Origin: Azolla caroliniana | Lineage: Eukaryota > Plantae > Polypodiophyta | Reading direction: 5' to 3' | DNA length: 64,000 bases | Assembly (NCBI GenBank): GCA_043228905.1 | Contig: JBHGNT010000007.1 | Span: forward strand, 1,302,001 to 1,366,000 | In this document: one piece after another, positions 12,000-25,781 of the stretch | Layout of the letters: each line of letters opens with the position of its first letter | Position numbering within the stretch: position 1 is the first letter of the stretch | Made by a program: the position numbers and the translations under genes | The notes under the pieces: model-generated | What the model was told of the DNA's origin: nothing | What the model saw: the letters and a program-made list of their open reading frames with translations, nothing else | Databases searched by the model: none

Positions 12000-14953
12000 G
12001 AGAAGAAAAATACAAGTTGCCAATAAGAATGCAAATTTAATGGGAGCACAAAAGTAAATGGATTATTTATTTGAAACTATGCTTTCATGCAAAGCTTCTT
12101 CCCAATTATTGTGGGTGCAAAATCCACATGTCGTCGATCTTAAGTACTCATTGCCTGCATTTCTAAGGGTGTTGGTGGTTATCATGTAAAATACGCCCAC
12201 CCACATTTCAACGGACAAGAATATGTGTCGCATATTCTGTAGACCATGTTGACATGCACTTGCACCAATAGACTTTGTCTCAACCAGAAAAACCAACGTG
12301 GCAGATATATACTTTAAAGCTACTTCTCATGAATTGATTGCAGTTCCATACATAACGATTATCTTACATTCTATTAATAATGTGAATAAATTTCACAAGC
12401 AGCCTTTTCATTTAAGTTTCATTGTCATGTTTCACGCTTTCATTTTCTATCTTATCCACATGAGTTTCACGAATCACGAGACTAAAGAGCCCACTTTTGT
12501 GTACCCTTCCAAGAAGTCCCAAAAATAACACAGACTTTATCATTACTTTGAAAGAAGGCATAAAGTACATGGGGACACTAACGTGCTTGCCCATTGCACG
12601 ATAAACAGGTTCCAATAACCAAGTATTTTTTTCACATGGAGTGTACATTAAGAAGAGCAATTTCTCACATGGCATCAAACCAATGGATAATTGTGTAGAC
12701 ATACACACACAAACCATCCCCAACAACATATAGATGGTTTTAACCTTCTACACAAAAGGGTGTGGTTGGATGGTGATCATCGTGTACCAAATGGAAGAGG
12801 TTGATCAGTAGTTATATAGATCGTTTAATTTCACTAAGAAAATGCAGTAAACAATTACCAATGCTTGGTTCAAATAATTGCAACATCCATCCATACTAAA
12901 AATGTATGGCTAGAGGGCAAATAAAAGGTTCCATTTTAACATTCCGAAACCTAGGTTGAGAAAAGCGATACTAAGAGATGCATGAAACAAAATTGTTTTA
13001 CTAGAAACAGACACGAAAAGCAAAGAAGCATTAGTTCATATCTCATGACTGTGTGTGTGTGCATTTATATGTATATGTATATGTATATGTGTATGTATAT
13101 ATACATACACATATACATATATATGTATGCATGTGCATGTGTAAATATATGGCACCATTTTGTAATGAATTATCATATAGGTAATTATTCTCATTTTTTT
13201 CATCATGTGGTTCACAACGGAGATTTAAACAAAAGAAAAAGAGGTTCTATAACCCCAAACTTTTCTTATCATCCAGCATGTCCACCTTGAGGTCTCAATA
13301 TTTAACACTTTGCCGAATTTCAACACAACATTCCAAGGAGTCTGTACACAATAGCAAAAACGCAAACAAAGAAAAATAAATAGATTAGAACTTTCTTTTC
13401 GCTAATTTATCCTCTCATAGATTTCTTTATTTATTGTTAATTTTGTTTTTTCTGTATTTTTTTGCTAACTTATTCTAATGTGTTGTAACCAATATTCATT
13501 TTAGTAAATTTAAGATCATATTTGTCACAGAAAGATGCATGGCAAAAGACTACCCATCACAACTCGAGGAAATACGAAACAGAAACAGTAGATCATTGCT
13601 AAACCTATAAAAAAAAAAATTACCAAATTTCTCCTATTTGAATCGCAAAGAACCAAAAAACTCAAAGAAAACCTCATGTGTGTCAATGCAACAAAGTTTG
13701 AAGATTCAAAAAAATTGAGATGTGACTTTCAGTTATACTGTTGTTACAAGGAGCTTTGCTAATAGAAATCAAGTGCATTGATTTTCCATGTCATTTGGGA
13801 TAATTGAGACTTAACATTTTTTAGTTATAATGCATTCTAAGGGACTGTAATATACAAGAAATCTGAGTGTCTGTTTGCCCTTATATAAAAGGTCTTTTAC
13901 ACACGGCACTTGCTTTATTATGTCTACTTCACCGATCTGACAACTCAAGTACCTAGTGGAATTAGAAAAGTTTTTACAAGCCTTTCATTTGAACAAACTA
14001 ATATACAGCACCAAATCAAACGATCTGTCAAAAAAACTTCACAAAGCATGATGTGGTAAAAAGTTACCTTCATCAAAAACTTAATGACCAACACCAATGT
14101 ACCAGAATAGGTTCACCTAGGTGCATGAAGAGAACCCGTGAACTGAGTTTCTACCATTTCTATGAAGGTGATATAGAAAACTTTAAAGTGTTAAAAGAAA
14201 CTAGCACTAGAACTCAAAACAAGGAAACGAACCCAAAACTTCATGATCCAAAGGAAAAATAGAAATGAATGCATACATAGGAAAATAGACATACATAGAA
14301 ACAAATTTGGAAATATTACAGAGGTAGGGATGTTGCGAAGAAGAGATGGAAATTGAAGAGAAAGAGTGGGAAAGCGTAAGAACAAGACAGAGACAAAGAG
14401 CATTTCCTGAGTGCAACAAAAAAATGATACAATCAGCTGAAATAAGCAGAATAAATTGTGGGATGGGCATAAATGTTAAACGAAAAATGCAGCAAAATAT
14501 CATTTATGGAAGGAAGACATAAAAGAAGCACCAGTTTTTTTTTATATAAAGAAGGATACGTTTATCATCATAATATGTGGGGATAACAAGGATGATGAAG
14601 AATGTGAATCAACTGATAGCAGATGTGTACTTTATGAAATGAACAAAATCACTTACAATACAAATTTTATGCTAAAGCCCCGTATAATTGTGGCATTCCC
14701 AGTATTTCCTTTAAGCTATATTACTAAAGAAAATGGTTCCCAGAATACTAGTAGAGAAATCACATAACAAGACATTTTGTGACTTTCATATTCAACAAAA
14801 TCATATGTCTCACAAACTATTGGAATTTGGCAGAACTACACAAATCTAGAAATATGTGGAATTTTGTGATAAAAAATAGATAAAAAATACTATTCCATAA
14901 AACAGGAGAATTTCTTGACATAGAAAAAACTGTTTAACACACGCACCATTGTT

Positions 14954-15214
14954 TTAACCAGACACAGCACGTTGCTCGGAATTGGGCGGCTCAATCTGAA
15001 TATGTGTTTCAGATATCCAGACATCCTCTTGATGAGCTGGCTCTCGGTTTAGAGGAATCAAAGGTTTAACTTCTGCTTCTTCATCTTCTTCCACATCCAT
15101 AGTCTCCAGATTTATGCAGGAGCATCGCTCCAAGGATGCAAAAAATGCAGAGGCTACACTCGCCCCTACCCAAGCTGCAAGGCGATCCAGTTTGCCTGAT
15201 GATATATGTAGGAT
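14954..15214 (-). CDS. Main coding exon of a small conserved plant protein of unknown function (not in the ORF track)
   Basis: After acceptor TATTAG| at 15215 the frame reads ILHISSGKLDRLAAWVGASVASAFFASLERCSCINLETMDVEEDEEAEVKPLIPLNREPAHQEDVWISETHIQIEPPNSEQRAVSG* (86 aa, TAA 14954-14956). The LD..A.WVG.SVASAFFASLERCSCINL motif plus acidic stretch is recognised from memory as a land-plant small uncharacterised family. Confidence 0.8.
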   Translation of the reverse strand: MLHISSGKLDRLAAWVGASVASAFFASLERCSCINLETMDVEEDEEAEVKPLIPLNREPAHQEDVWISETHIQIEPPNSEQRAVSG

Positions 15215-15372
15215 CTAATAGATGGTGAATATAACACTGATGATAATAGTGATATGTACTCTGCATATTCAAAATATACATATTAATTGTAATTTTAACA
15301 CATAGCCATATTGATCTTATTTAAAGTATCATAAACCACAATCCACAACAATCTTATGCAAGAAATAGATGT

Positions 15373-15681
15373 TACATCTGATATCAGGGTTTAACAAGAT
15401 TACAACATTTCAAATATTAATAAATAAGACTTTCCGCTTCGATTGGATGTGCCAATTGAGCCTTAACTTGAAATGTTAAACTATATTCTTAGCAGGTTTA
15501 TAAAATCAATACATAGGACACTACTATACATCTGATATCACGCTTTAACAATATTATGATATTTTCAAAAAAAATAAAAAAGACTTTCCACTTCAATTGG
15601 ATGTGCCAATTGAGCTTTAACTTGAAATGTTAAACAATAATCTTAGCAGGTTTATAAAATCAATACATAGGACACTACTAT
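15373..15681. repeat. Tandem duplication, 2 x ~154 bp, intronic
   Basis: TACATCTGATATCA...GACTTTCC.CTTC.ATTGGATGTGCCAATTGAGC.TTAACTTGAAATGTTAAAC...CATAGGACACTACTATA at 15373 and 15527. Confidence 0.9.
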
Positions 15682-16512
15682 AGAATATGAACTTGAATGT
15701 TCAGATACCAAAGAATCAGAAAAATAAGTCCAAATAAACTCTTCAAACATATATCTGTGTATGTACAAGATCATCGCATAGGTGGTAGGAAGAGAATAAA
15801 TTATGAGTAAAACACATGCATAGCATACACACAAACGATCCATGCCTATATTTCATAAAGAAATAAAAGGTTAAGGTAGAGCAACCAAAGAATGAGTTCA
15901 TATAATTAAATCCTTCAACCACTTACATATATATGTACACAAAAATCTCAGATTGAGGGGGAGAATAAGTTTACATAGTGAAGAAACAGAATTCATTATG
16001 AGCAAAACCAATGCATTCCATTCCAAAAACTAAACCATGACTACATTCATTGAAAAAGATTCATCACTATCTGATATAAGTAGATCAACCAATGCTTAAA
16101 TTTGATTAGCATTTTGGTCTTCAAATAATTAAGCCTAATTTCCATTTTAAAGATTTCAAGAGAAATGATTTACAAAATGCCCGAGAATGCAAAAAAAGAA
16201 AACGAACATAAAAAGAAATATTATGATTATAGATTTTTTGAGGTAAAAGAGAAAAAAGAGTTGGATTTCCACATTCAAATCTTTAAAACTTAAAAATTTG
16301 AATGCAAACACACAACAAACCTAATTTCCACGATTCTCCTCCAATATTTACAAATGAAAAGAAAGAAAACCTAGAAATAATGAAATAAATCAAGAAACGC
16401 GATAGGATTAAGAAAAAGAGAAGATTAAAAGCAACAACAAGATGAGGAGGAGGGGGAGGAGGAGGAAGAAAAGCAGTGGATCAAATTTTGGAGAAATGAG
16501 AGGATCCCACAC

Positions 16513-16660
16513 CTGCAGTAGTCCTGGACGAGAATCTGACGTGATTCCAGTGCCGAGAATCTTCGAGATCCTTGAGGGGAGAATCTTCAGGAAGAAGAGA
16601 AAGAAGAGAAAGAGAGAGAGGGAATGTGCACCGACTTTCAATTCTGTTCTGCTGATGGGA
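16513..16660 (-). other. Probable first exon (5' UTR or leader) of the small conserved gene
   Basis: CT-rich leader ending in donor CTGCAG|GTGTGG at 16513/16512, followed by a T-rich intron. CpG-retaining promoter-like DNA lies at 16.66-17.1 kb. Confidence 0.55.
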
Positions 16661-19600
16661 ATGAAAGGCGTTTCTCACGTATGGGCAGGCAAATGGCCGC
16701 TTTCACACTTGTCCGGACATTCTAATGACCGTCCATTATTCTCTATGCTCACTCAGAGGACCGAGACAAATACGATTCCCGGACTCAAATACTCCGAACA
16801 CGAACATTACACGTGGGCCTCACGGGTCCCGATTGAGCCCAGTGTCTCGACTCTTCCTTTCTGGGCTCTCTGTCTTCATATGCTCCTAGAGGCTCGCATG
16901 ATTAAGCCCTCCAAATGTTCCAGCTAAAAATATGGGATTCTGTGACAATGTTCCTATGGGAACAAGAGCGTGATAGGACAATATGTCATGTTCCCCAGAC
17001 CCCCCTTTTGTCGAGCAGAATCTGTGGCACGCCAAACGTTCTACGGGAAAAATCAGGTACATGATGGGACTCTATCGGCTATAATATGTAAAGGCATGAT
17101 TGGACAAGAGTCAATGATTCCACCCTCACCTATGAGTGGTCGGCTAAAGTATGAGAAATAGTTATGTATTCATGAATCTCTCGACAAGAACATGAATGGG
17201 AGCCAAAGTTTTTGTCTTTTGGGTGGTGTGTTTTTGTGGGATGAAATGCAAAGATTTGTGCGCATTCAAACTTTTCCCATGTGTGATAGCCACCTATACA
17301 ATAACTATTGTGTTTCTTTGTAGAAAAGACTAGACTTTCTTGAAATTTATATAGTAAAACCAGTTTATATGACGATGGACATTCATGGCTAGCATGTAAC
17401 TCCAAAGATAAACACATTCATTACATTTTTGTGATTTTGTTTAGTGCCCTCAAAATTCACTTTCCAAGTGATATATTTATACAATATAACAGAATCCAAC
17501 ATTAAAACATATATGCCCATGTGTATGTGTGTGATTACTTGTTCACAATTACCTATTATTCTTGTGGGTGAAAAGGAAGCTTGATCAACTATTAAAGAAA
17601 ATTTCCCTAAACAAATTTACAATTTGTATTGTGCAAAGTGATTTCTTGCTTTGTTTTGTAAGTCTCAAAGAGGTATGCTGATTGCGTGGTGAGGGAGGGG
17701 CTTCTCTTCATCTGGAATATCTCCCCCACACACCACAAAGATTATATATATTCTCAACATTTTCCCCTTGACAAATCTAGATTATAGCCAAGAGGTAAAT
17801 TGGCCTTAATCCCAAGTTGGTGCGAGTGCTAAGGATAAATCATAAGAGATTAAATCTCCAATCAATTGAACATATTAGGCATTTTGTTGCTATCTTAGTG
17901 CTAGGTTGCCCCTTATGTGCCAATGATGAGAGAGAGACATACTAAAGATGGAAGTATATTATGAAAAATATTATATACAATGAATGGAGGTCGTAATGTT
18001 AGTCATAACAAGTGTAACGCCCCTTTGGCATGATTTTGGTTTAAGCACCAATGATGTATTGTATAATCAACCAATGTTCACAAATAAACCGATGTTGCAA
18101 CCTAGAGATACTATGAGTGTGGCACCCAAGTATAATAAACATTTGCCTGAATGGCAATGAGGTATTGGTAGAGTTCTTAGTTAAACTTAATGTTCAATCC
18201 AAAAACGTTTTGTTAAGTCATGATGACGCGATAGTTGATTAAGGAATAATAAAGGGGAAATGCATCAGTTATTCATTTCCTTCATTCGTTTCCACCCAAT
18301 GGGGAACACACTGCTCATCTCTTAGTTTCCCCCACCAAAGATTTGTGTCATGTGAGAGTAAATTCTTTTTATGCAAAATCCATTAAAACGGGATCACACA
18401 CAATAAAAAATCCAATATGGCTAAGAACAACAAAATTGCAACTTTCTTGTCACTATTTGAGTATCTTATTCAAAACCTCACCGGAAATTATTGTAGATCA
18501 TGCATTTCATATTATGCCTTACTATTTTCATCGAACCTAATGCAAAACTCAGCGGAGGAACATATTTGGTATAAAAAATCAATAGGTCACCTCAAAATTT
18601 GACATATTTTGTCTTCAAATATGAATGCTCATAAGATGTTGCTTGCCTCAAAATAAAGAGTGTTGCATCATCTTTCATTCAATGGATAGACATACATGAA
18701 CATAGATGCATATGTTTTCATCGATTGGGAATGTATGACATCTTATTTTTGCCCTCTAGGTTTTGTGTGCATAGCTAGCACAAGTCTAACATAAGAATTA
18801 TGAAATAGATGAGTTTATATTGATCCATGGTCTAGACGACACATGTTGAGTACTACTGCAGGTAATGGAGAAATGCTTTAATCATTTCCATTCCCTAATG
18901 CAAAACATTCTAAGAGCACACATTGTGGTCAACATTATAGATGCTCTTTCGTGAAGTGAGTGTTCATCTTGTGTTAGGATTGATTTTTATGGTCTAGACA
19001 TGTGAAAAAGAACTTAACTTGTGGTCTCCAATTGAAGATGAATTTGTAAAGATAATTGAGGGGCTTATGCATGGCCTTGAATTCATGTGCATACACAAAA
19101 ATCCACAATCTATCTAATGACCAAAACTACAATCTTGTTGGCAAACCTTTGTATATGTTCACCCTATTATTCTATCTCTTCTTTTTTATTGGGATAATTC
19201 AAGTCCTTTTGAGTACCGTTGAGGAAGGTGTGGATTGTCGTATGGGTAAAGTATGAGAAGAGTATCATAATCTATCTACAAGGAAGCAGATGGAATTGCC
19301 AATTCATCGAGAGTAACATAAATAGATAAGCAAAAGTTGCACAACACATTGTGAACTTTCAAATGCGTGTGTGGGTGTGGGTGTGTCCCTCTCTCCTTAG
19401 AAAGGTTGATTTGATTGAATTTCAAATAGTACGAGCATTAGTAATTCATAAACTATTGCAAACATTCAAATTGTCTTCACTTAGATAGCGATTTGTTTTA
19501 TTTTATTTAATATTGATTTATGATATTAGAAATGTTCATGTTTTGGCCTTTGATCACATTATTGTTAGACTCTTGGATTTAGGTATACGATCAAGATTAC

Positions 19601-22394
19601 ATATGTTTTGTTTTATGCAAAATGTCTCCATTTAGTGATATGATATACGAAGTCCCAATGATATTAAAAAGGAGCACAAGTTTTTAAAAACTCTCTCACA
19701 AACCAAGTTTCCACCTTGGTAAAAGAACGAAATTTTTTTACCTTGAAAAGAATGTATTGTAACTAAAGGAAGATCTTGGAGATAGTTTATTACTATTATT
19801 TGATTATCTCATATTGGTTATTATTATGTAAAAAAAATCACATTGTTTATAAATTATTCTATAAATGTCGTAAAGTAGCGAGAATGCCATTGGAATCTAC
19901 ATATATAACATATTTTGCAAGATGTAAATAAGTTTGATCAAATGTGCAAATAAAACAAAACAAAAAAACATGTACAAAATAATTCACTATTGAAGCCTTG
20001 TTATATGGAAGCCATTGGTAGATAAAAAAAGCTATAGCAAATAACAAGTTTTGGAGACATTGGATTACATAGGGAAAGATATGCATGCACTCAATTACGA
20101 GTTTAATGATTATAACAAAATGCAATTGAGGTATTGCCAATGTATTTGGTAGTAATGCTCATGTATATGCAGTGTAAACTCTATTAAATAATGATTAAAA
20201 ACACAAACATGTTTATTGATTAAAAATGTTAAATGAGAAGTTGAGAGAGGCCAAGAAGAAATAGAAACAAACCAGAGGTCAAAATCCTTTGTCGATTTAC
20301 AAATGGAGTCTGGAGAGGAAACATTGGCACATAAAAGATGTGATGCCACTACATGACTTATGAATGATGATTTAAGTATCAATGGTGTGACTCGTCAAGT
20401 CGAAACACGCCAATATCATGTGCTTTGCATTTTGGAGAACAAGTAAATGAGTAAGTTTCGTGCTTCCCTGATTTTAGTTATTGCTATTCCCTCTGTCTAT
20501 ATGCACATGATTCACATGAGGCATGTTTTTTTTCTAGAGATTGATCTCTACTACAACTAGCCATAATCTTAAACCAAGTTTTGAAGTTAAGTTATACAAC
20601 ATTGATCCATTCAATCGGCCTTGGATACACCACCCTCTTTAGTTTTACCTTGCTCTTTTAAAATGGAACAAACACATTCTTTTGAGGTCATTGTAAAATA
20701 CTCCTTTAGTTCATGCTAGTACTGTTAACTTAGCTTGAACGATATCAAAAGTGATGTATTTTAACATCTTGCAAACCATCTTAAGTGGTTTTCTATAACA
20801 CATAATGGTCATTTACAATTCTTTTTTTCCTTAAAAATGAGGATCCTCATTGACAATGGTAAGTTTTTAACAAACGAATAAAAACTTGTAACCACTTTCA
20901 TGACTCGGTGACATCAAAATACTCTAGGGTAATAAAACAAACTAATGCTCAATCATGTTTATAAAGATTGCAACCATAGTCATCACAAGAACTTATAAAT
21001 TTGTAAAGGAAAGTTATGGTTTTTGATATAATATGTATTTATTTACAACTAATGTTACTTCTAATGTATGCTTCCCGTATATCTCCTTGACATATATAAC
21101 GCCATGTGTCTTGGCATCTTAGGAAACCATAGAGTTATAAGTTATAACTTGCCACATGGTTATAAGGGTGTAAAAACAATTTCAAGAATAACACATACTT
21201 CATGTGGCGGAGTCACAAAAGGATGAAAGCATTTTGTGACATGCGCAAATGGTAGATGACGGAATACTAGTGGTGCAAGGTCTATTTTTAGAGCTAAACA
21301 ATAGAGGCAAGAAAAAGGTTGTGAAGAATTTCAGAGTGAGTGGCAAGTGTTGCGCATGCTTTGTATGCTTCAAGAAATTTCCTCCATCAATCGAAAAGAA
21401 TTGGTTTCCAATGATGGGCACCAAGCCGTTTTCGCTTGCCAACTACAAGAATTTTTTTTTCGAGACCATCAAGTTATGTGGCAATTTTACGTAGTTTAAT
21501 GCACTGTACAAGACATTCCAAAAGACTGTCATTGAAGGCCAGCATAATGACAACTGCTTATATTACAAGTTTCACTATGTGATGATTGGGTGAACACAAT
21601 TTAACTAGGCTCACAAATGAAAAAAATTAAGGTTGGACTCATAAGTACCTTCACCTATTGGTAAATCATTGTCTTGTAAATACTAAGGCCTTGGGTTCAA
21701 GGCTCAACTCTTAAGACCTGCATGATCCAATACCCAAAAGTGCTACATAAGAATACCTTTCAAAAGAAACATGTGCCCGATCCCATTCCTCTCTTGCTTA
21801 AGGTTGAAACTATGTTATCCCCCCAATCATCACTCTCCAAATAAATACCTTTGCAAGAAATGGTTTGGGAATGCCAACTACACTGTAACATTTTCCACCA
21901 CCCTAAATATATCTACATACATTCCACTCCATCTTCTCTTTAGCTAAGAGTCAAGATAATGAAACCATGAGATGATGATACATTATATTAGTTATGACTT
22001 TTGGCAATAATATACCACCTTCCAAACATCAATCCACCAAGGAGTATTATTTGGTGGCGTCTCTCTCTCTTTCTCTCTCTCTAGTGTGAAAACACAATTA
22101 TATTAACAAATGTGTGTGAAAAGCATTACAATGATATCACAACTTAGTGGTGTCACCATCACCACTTCATGGGTAGTGAGACATATTGAATTAGCAATAC
22201 GTAAGATGAACACTCCACTCCGGGAAGAATTTCAACTTGCTCAAAAAAACAAAATTCTCACATCAATACTCCCTCCCACTTCTATAGATATGCTCTAGCT
22301 GCATGGCTATAATGAAACCATTGTTGTGAAGTAAATACTTCACAAATAGAAATTCTAATTAGAAGAACAAATTTCTGACTTGAAGATTTAGCTC

Positions 22395-22698
22395 TGTTGA
22401 GAATCAAGCTCAAGTTGGTCTAGTGTGTGAACTCACCTTGAGAGTGAATAGACACTCCAACAGTCAAGAGTCACCATTATGTCACCACTTTGTATTCTAG
22501 CATTTAGTATGAGTCATAGAATCATATTCTATGACACATAACTTATGAGCTTTCACATTCCCCATGCTCCATGAGTCTTGTAGTTAATGAAGAGAGAGGG
22601 TGACTATATAAAGCACACTCCTCCCACCTTGTATTATGTCGAGTCTTTCTCCTTTGTTAATATACTTACTTTGTGTATTCTTTGTGTCTTACTCCTCG

Positions 22699-22738
<40 letters not shown>

Positions 22739-22825
22739 ACTCTCTCTCTCTCTCTCTCTCATACACACACACACACACAATTCACTCATATTCCGCTACA
22801 CAAGAATCATACCCAATTCTTTACA
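22395..22825 (+). repeat. 5' LTR of element A (431 bp) with compound (CT)n(CA)n(CT)n(CA)n microsatellite
   Basis: TGTTGAGAATCAAGC...TTCTTTACA; TATA-like TATATAAA at ~22605. Confidence 0.95.
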
Positions 22826-25781
22826 TGGTATCAGAGCGATTTGGTAGCTCCATCTAGCCCATCTATGTGTGTTGAGCTCTACGCTGACGTTCAAGAAGAA
22901 CCGGCTCATCGCTATCGTAGGTTCGCTACATAGCTCGCATTCGAAGAGAGAGGAGGAAGAAGAAGAATCGACATAATGAATACTCAAATGGGGAGCGCTC
23001 TCCCTACCGAGAAATTGGATCGAAATAACTTCGCTTCTTGGGAGTACAAGATGCACCAATACCTTGTCAGACAAGGCTATTGGAGCTACATCAAAGGAGA
23101 GCATGAAGACCGACCTGCCGAAACGGCTCCCGCATACACGACATGGGAGCAAGCTGCAAGCCGCAAGCCGCGTGATGTATTGCTTGGCAACATGTGTTCA
23201 CGATCACATGCTCGGCTACATTCACGAAGCTAAGGCGCCGAAGGAGGCATGGAAAAATCTACGAAAGATTTTTGCGGCGAACACAACTGCAAGAAGGCTT
23301 CAACTCCGCCAAGAGTTGAACAACATTCAACAAAGGGACATGTCCATCACGACATACACCTCGAAGATCAAGGAGCTTTGTGACTCGCTCGGCTCGATAA
23401 GCGTAAATATCGATGATGATGAGATGGTGCAAATATGCCTCGGCGACCTCGCACCACGGTTCGGCGCGATGCAAACTGCCGTTCTAGCACGAGAGAAATC
23501 TCCCTCCTTGGAGCTCCAATCAATGTTATTGGTTGAAGAAAACCACGTGCGTACAAGGAGCAATGAGCCGGAAGGCCACATGCTCTACACGCACTCGAAC
23601 GGAGGAAGAGGACACGGACGAGCGAGAGGTCGATTTGGCCAAGGACAAGGCGGACGAGGTCTGACCTACGACAACAACTCCCAATTTCGGCCGCAAAACG
23701 GAAGCCAACGAGGAACCTTCGCAAGAAGGGGGAGCTTCCACTCCGGCCCGAGCTGTCAAAACGCAATCAAATGCGGATATTGCGGAAAGCTTAGCCACCA
23801 CAAAGAAGAGTGCCGAAAGAAGATGTGCGAATCAGCTTCCACAAGTCGACAACTCACGAATTACGCGCACAATTCCGATTACGAAGAGTATATCGGAATG
23901 TACGGGCACAACTACGACTACGAAGATCATAGCGGAATATACGAGCACAACTCCGACTACGAAAATCGTGGCGGAATGTATGCACACAACTCCGACTGTG
24001 GCGGAATGTTCATGATAAAACATAGAGCAAACTCTATGTCGGCCTCTACCTCAACTAGTGCCCTCAATCCGGAGGATGTATGGTTTGTTGACTCCGGAGC
24101 CTCAAACCATATGACATCCCATAAAGAATGGTTTCTCGAACTTTGAGAGCCGGAGTGACCCGGTTATGTCGAAACTGGAGATGACACTACGCACCCAATT
24201 CGGCACATCGACAATGTTCCGTTCGGGGAAAGAGGTAAGCAAACATACATTAAAAATGTCTTGCATGTTCCCACCATCACAAATAACTTGGTCTCAGTCG
24301 GCCAAATGGTTGAGCAAGGGATGCAAGTACGATTCGACCAAGAAGGGTGCTTCATTGAAAAAGAGGGTCGAATCATCGTGCGTGGAAGAAGAGAGGGCCG
24401 GATGTTCATTCTCGATTCACATGAGATGAAATCTGCCATGTTCGCAAAAAGCACGAAAGCTAACTCCGACATAGAGCTAAGGCACAAGCGAATCGGCCAC
24501 ATCAATCTCAACAAACTCAAAGCAATGAAATCGAAAGGAGTTGTCATCGGACTTCCGACATTCAAAGAGAAGGAGATTGAAGGTGTATGCGAAGCTTGCC
24601 AATTCGGCAAGCAACACCGACACCCATTCCCGAAAGAGCGGAACATGAGCAAAGGTCTACTCGACATAGTCCATTCCGACGTATGGGGACCGGCGCAGAC
24701 GGCTACATTCGGCGGATGCCGATATTACGTGCTCTTCATCGACGACTACTCTAGGCACACTTAGATCTACCCGATGCGCCAAAAGAGCGAAGTGTTCGGA
24801 CACTTCCAAAAATTCAAGAATGAAGTTGAGAAAGCCATGGGCCAACATTTACGATGTCTCCGATCGGATGGCGGCAAGGAGCACTTCTCGAATGATTTCA
24901 CGGCGTATCTCCGAAAGGAAGGAATTCGGCGATAATTCACTTGTCGACACACTCCGCAAAAAAACGGAGTAGCCAAGCGCAAAAATCGGCACATCCTCGA
25001 AGTAACGTGGGCCATGATGAACGAGTAGCATATGCCCAAGTCATATTGGGCCAAAGCTGCAAATACGGTCGTCTACCTAATGAACCGATGCACAACATTT
25101 GGAGTGCACGAGGTCACTCCACACGAAAAATACTTCGGAAAGAAGTCGGACTTATTGCACACCCGGATATCCGGCGCGAAAGCGTATGTGCACATCCCCA
25201 ACGAGAAGCGTCAAAAGCTTGACCCGAAGTCAGAGAAATGTATCCTCGTAGGATACTCACTAGAGCAAAAGGGGTACAAGTGCTACAACCCCTCAACTCG
25301 AAAATCTCGAGTAAGTCGAGACGTCATTTTTGACGAGTCCGCATCCTGGTACGCACCAGAGACAACTTCAACTCCGACTCCGCTCGACCTGGAATCCGTC
25401 GAACAAGGGATAGAGGATGAAGATCGCCTTACGCACATGTTCGAAGAAAGGCCGGTCACGACCCCGACTGAGCAGACCACAAGAGCCTTTGAGCGATCAA
25501 AGCACATCACGGCCTAGCCCGAAGATGGACAAAGGCAAGGCAAAAATGGCGGAATACGAAGACGATCGCTTCGACGACGATGAGTCGACTCACTCACTCG
25601 ACAATGAGTTCGGCGGCTTCGATGTACCAATTGGAGCTAAGAAAGCCCTCATCTGTGCAAATGAAAAGCTTCATCGCTCCACCCGTGAAAAGAATCCGAT
25701 CAATCGATTCGGCTACAACGACTACATGGCATATCACTATGCCTTTATGATGAAGGTGGGGACAGTACGCGAGTCGGAAAC

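Noticed and set aside
16442-16927. 161-aa + strand Arg/Lys-rich ORF
   Set aside because: Antisense reading of the CT-rich leader and promoter of the minus-strand small gene.
20260-21560. Possible decayed DNA-transposon coding remnant
   Set aside because: Composition hints at old coding DNA, but no transposase motif or terminal repeat could be identified by eye.
22587-22933. SLSL/HTHT ORFs (also 33387-33647, 48003-48200)
   Set aside because: Translations of LTR-borne or intergenic dinucleotide repeats.
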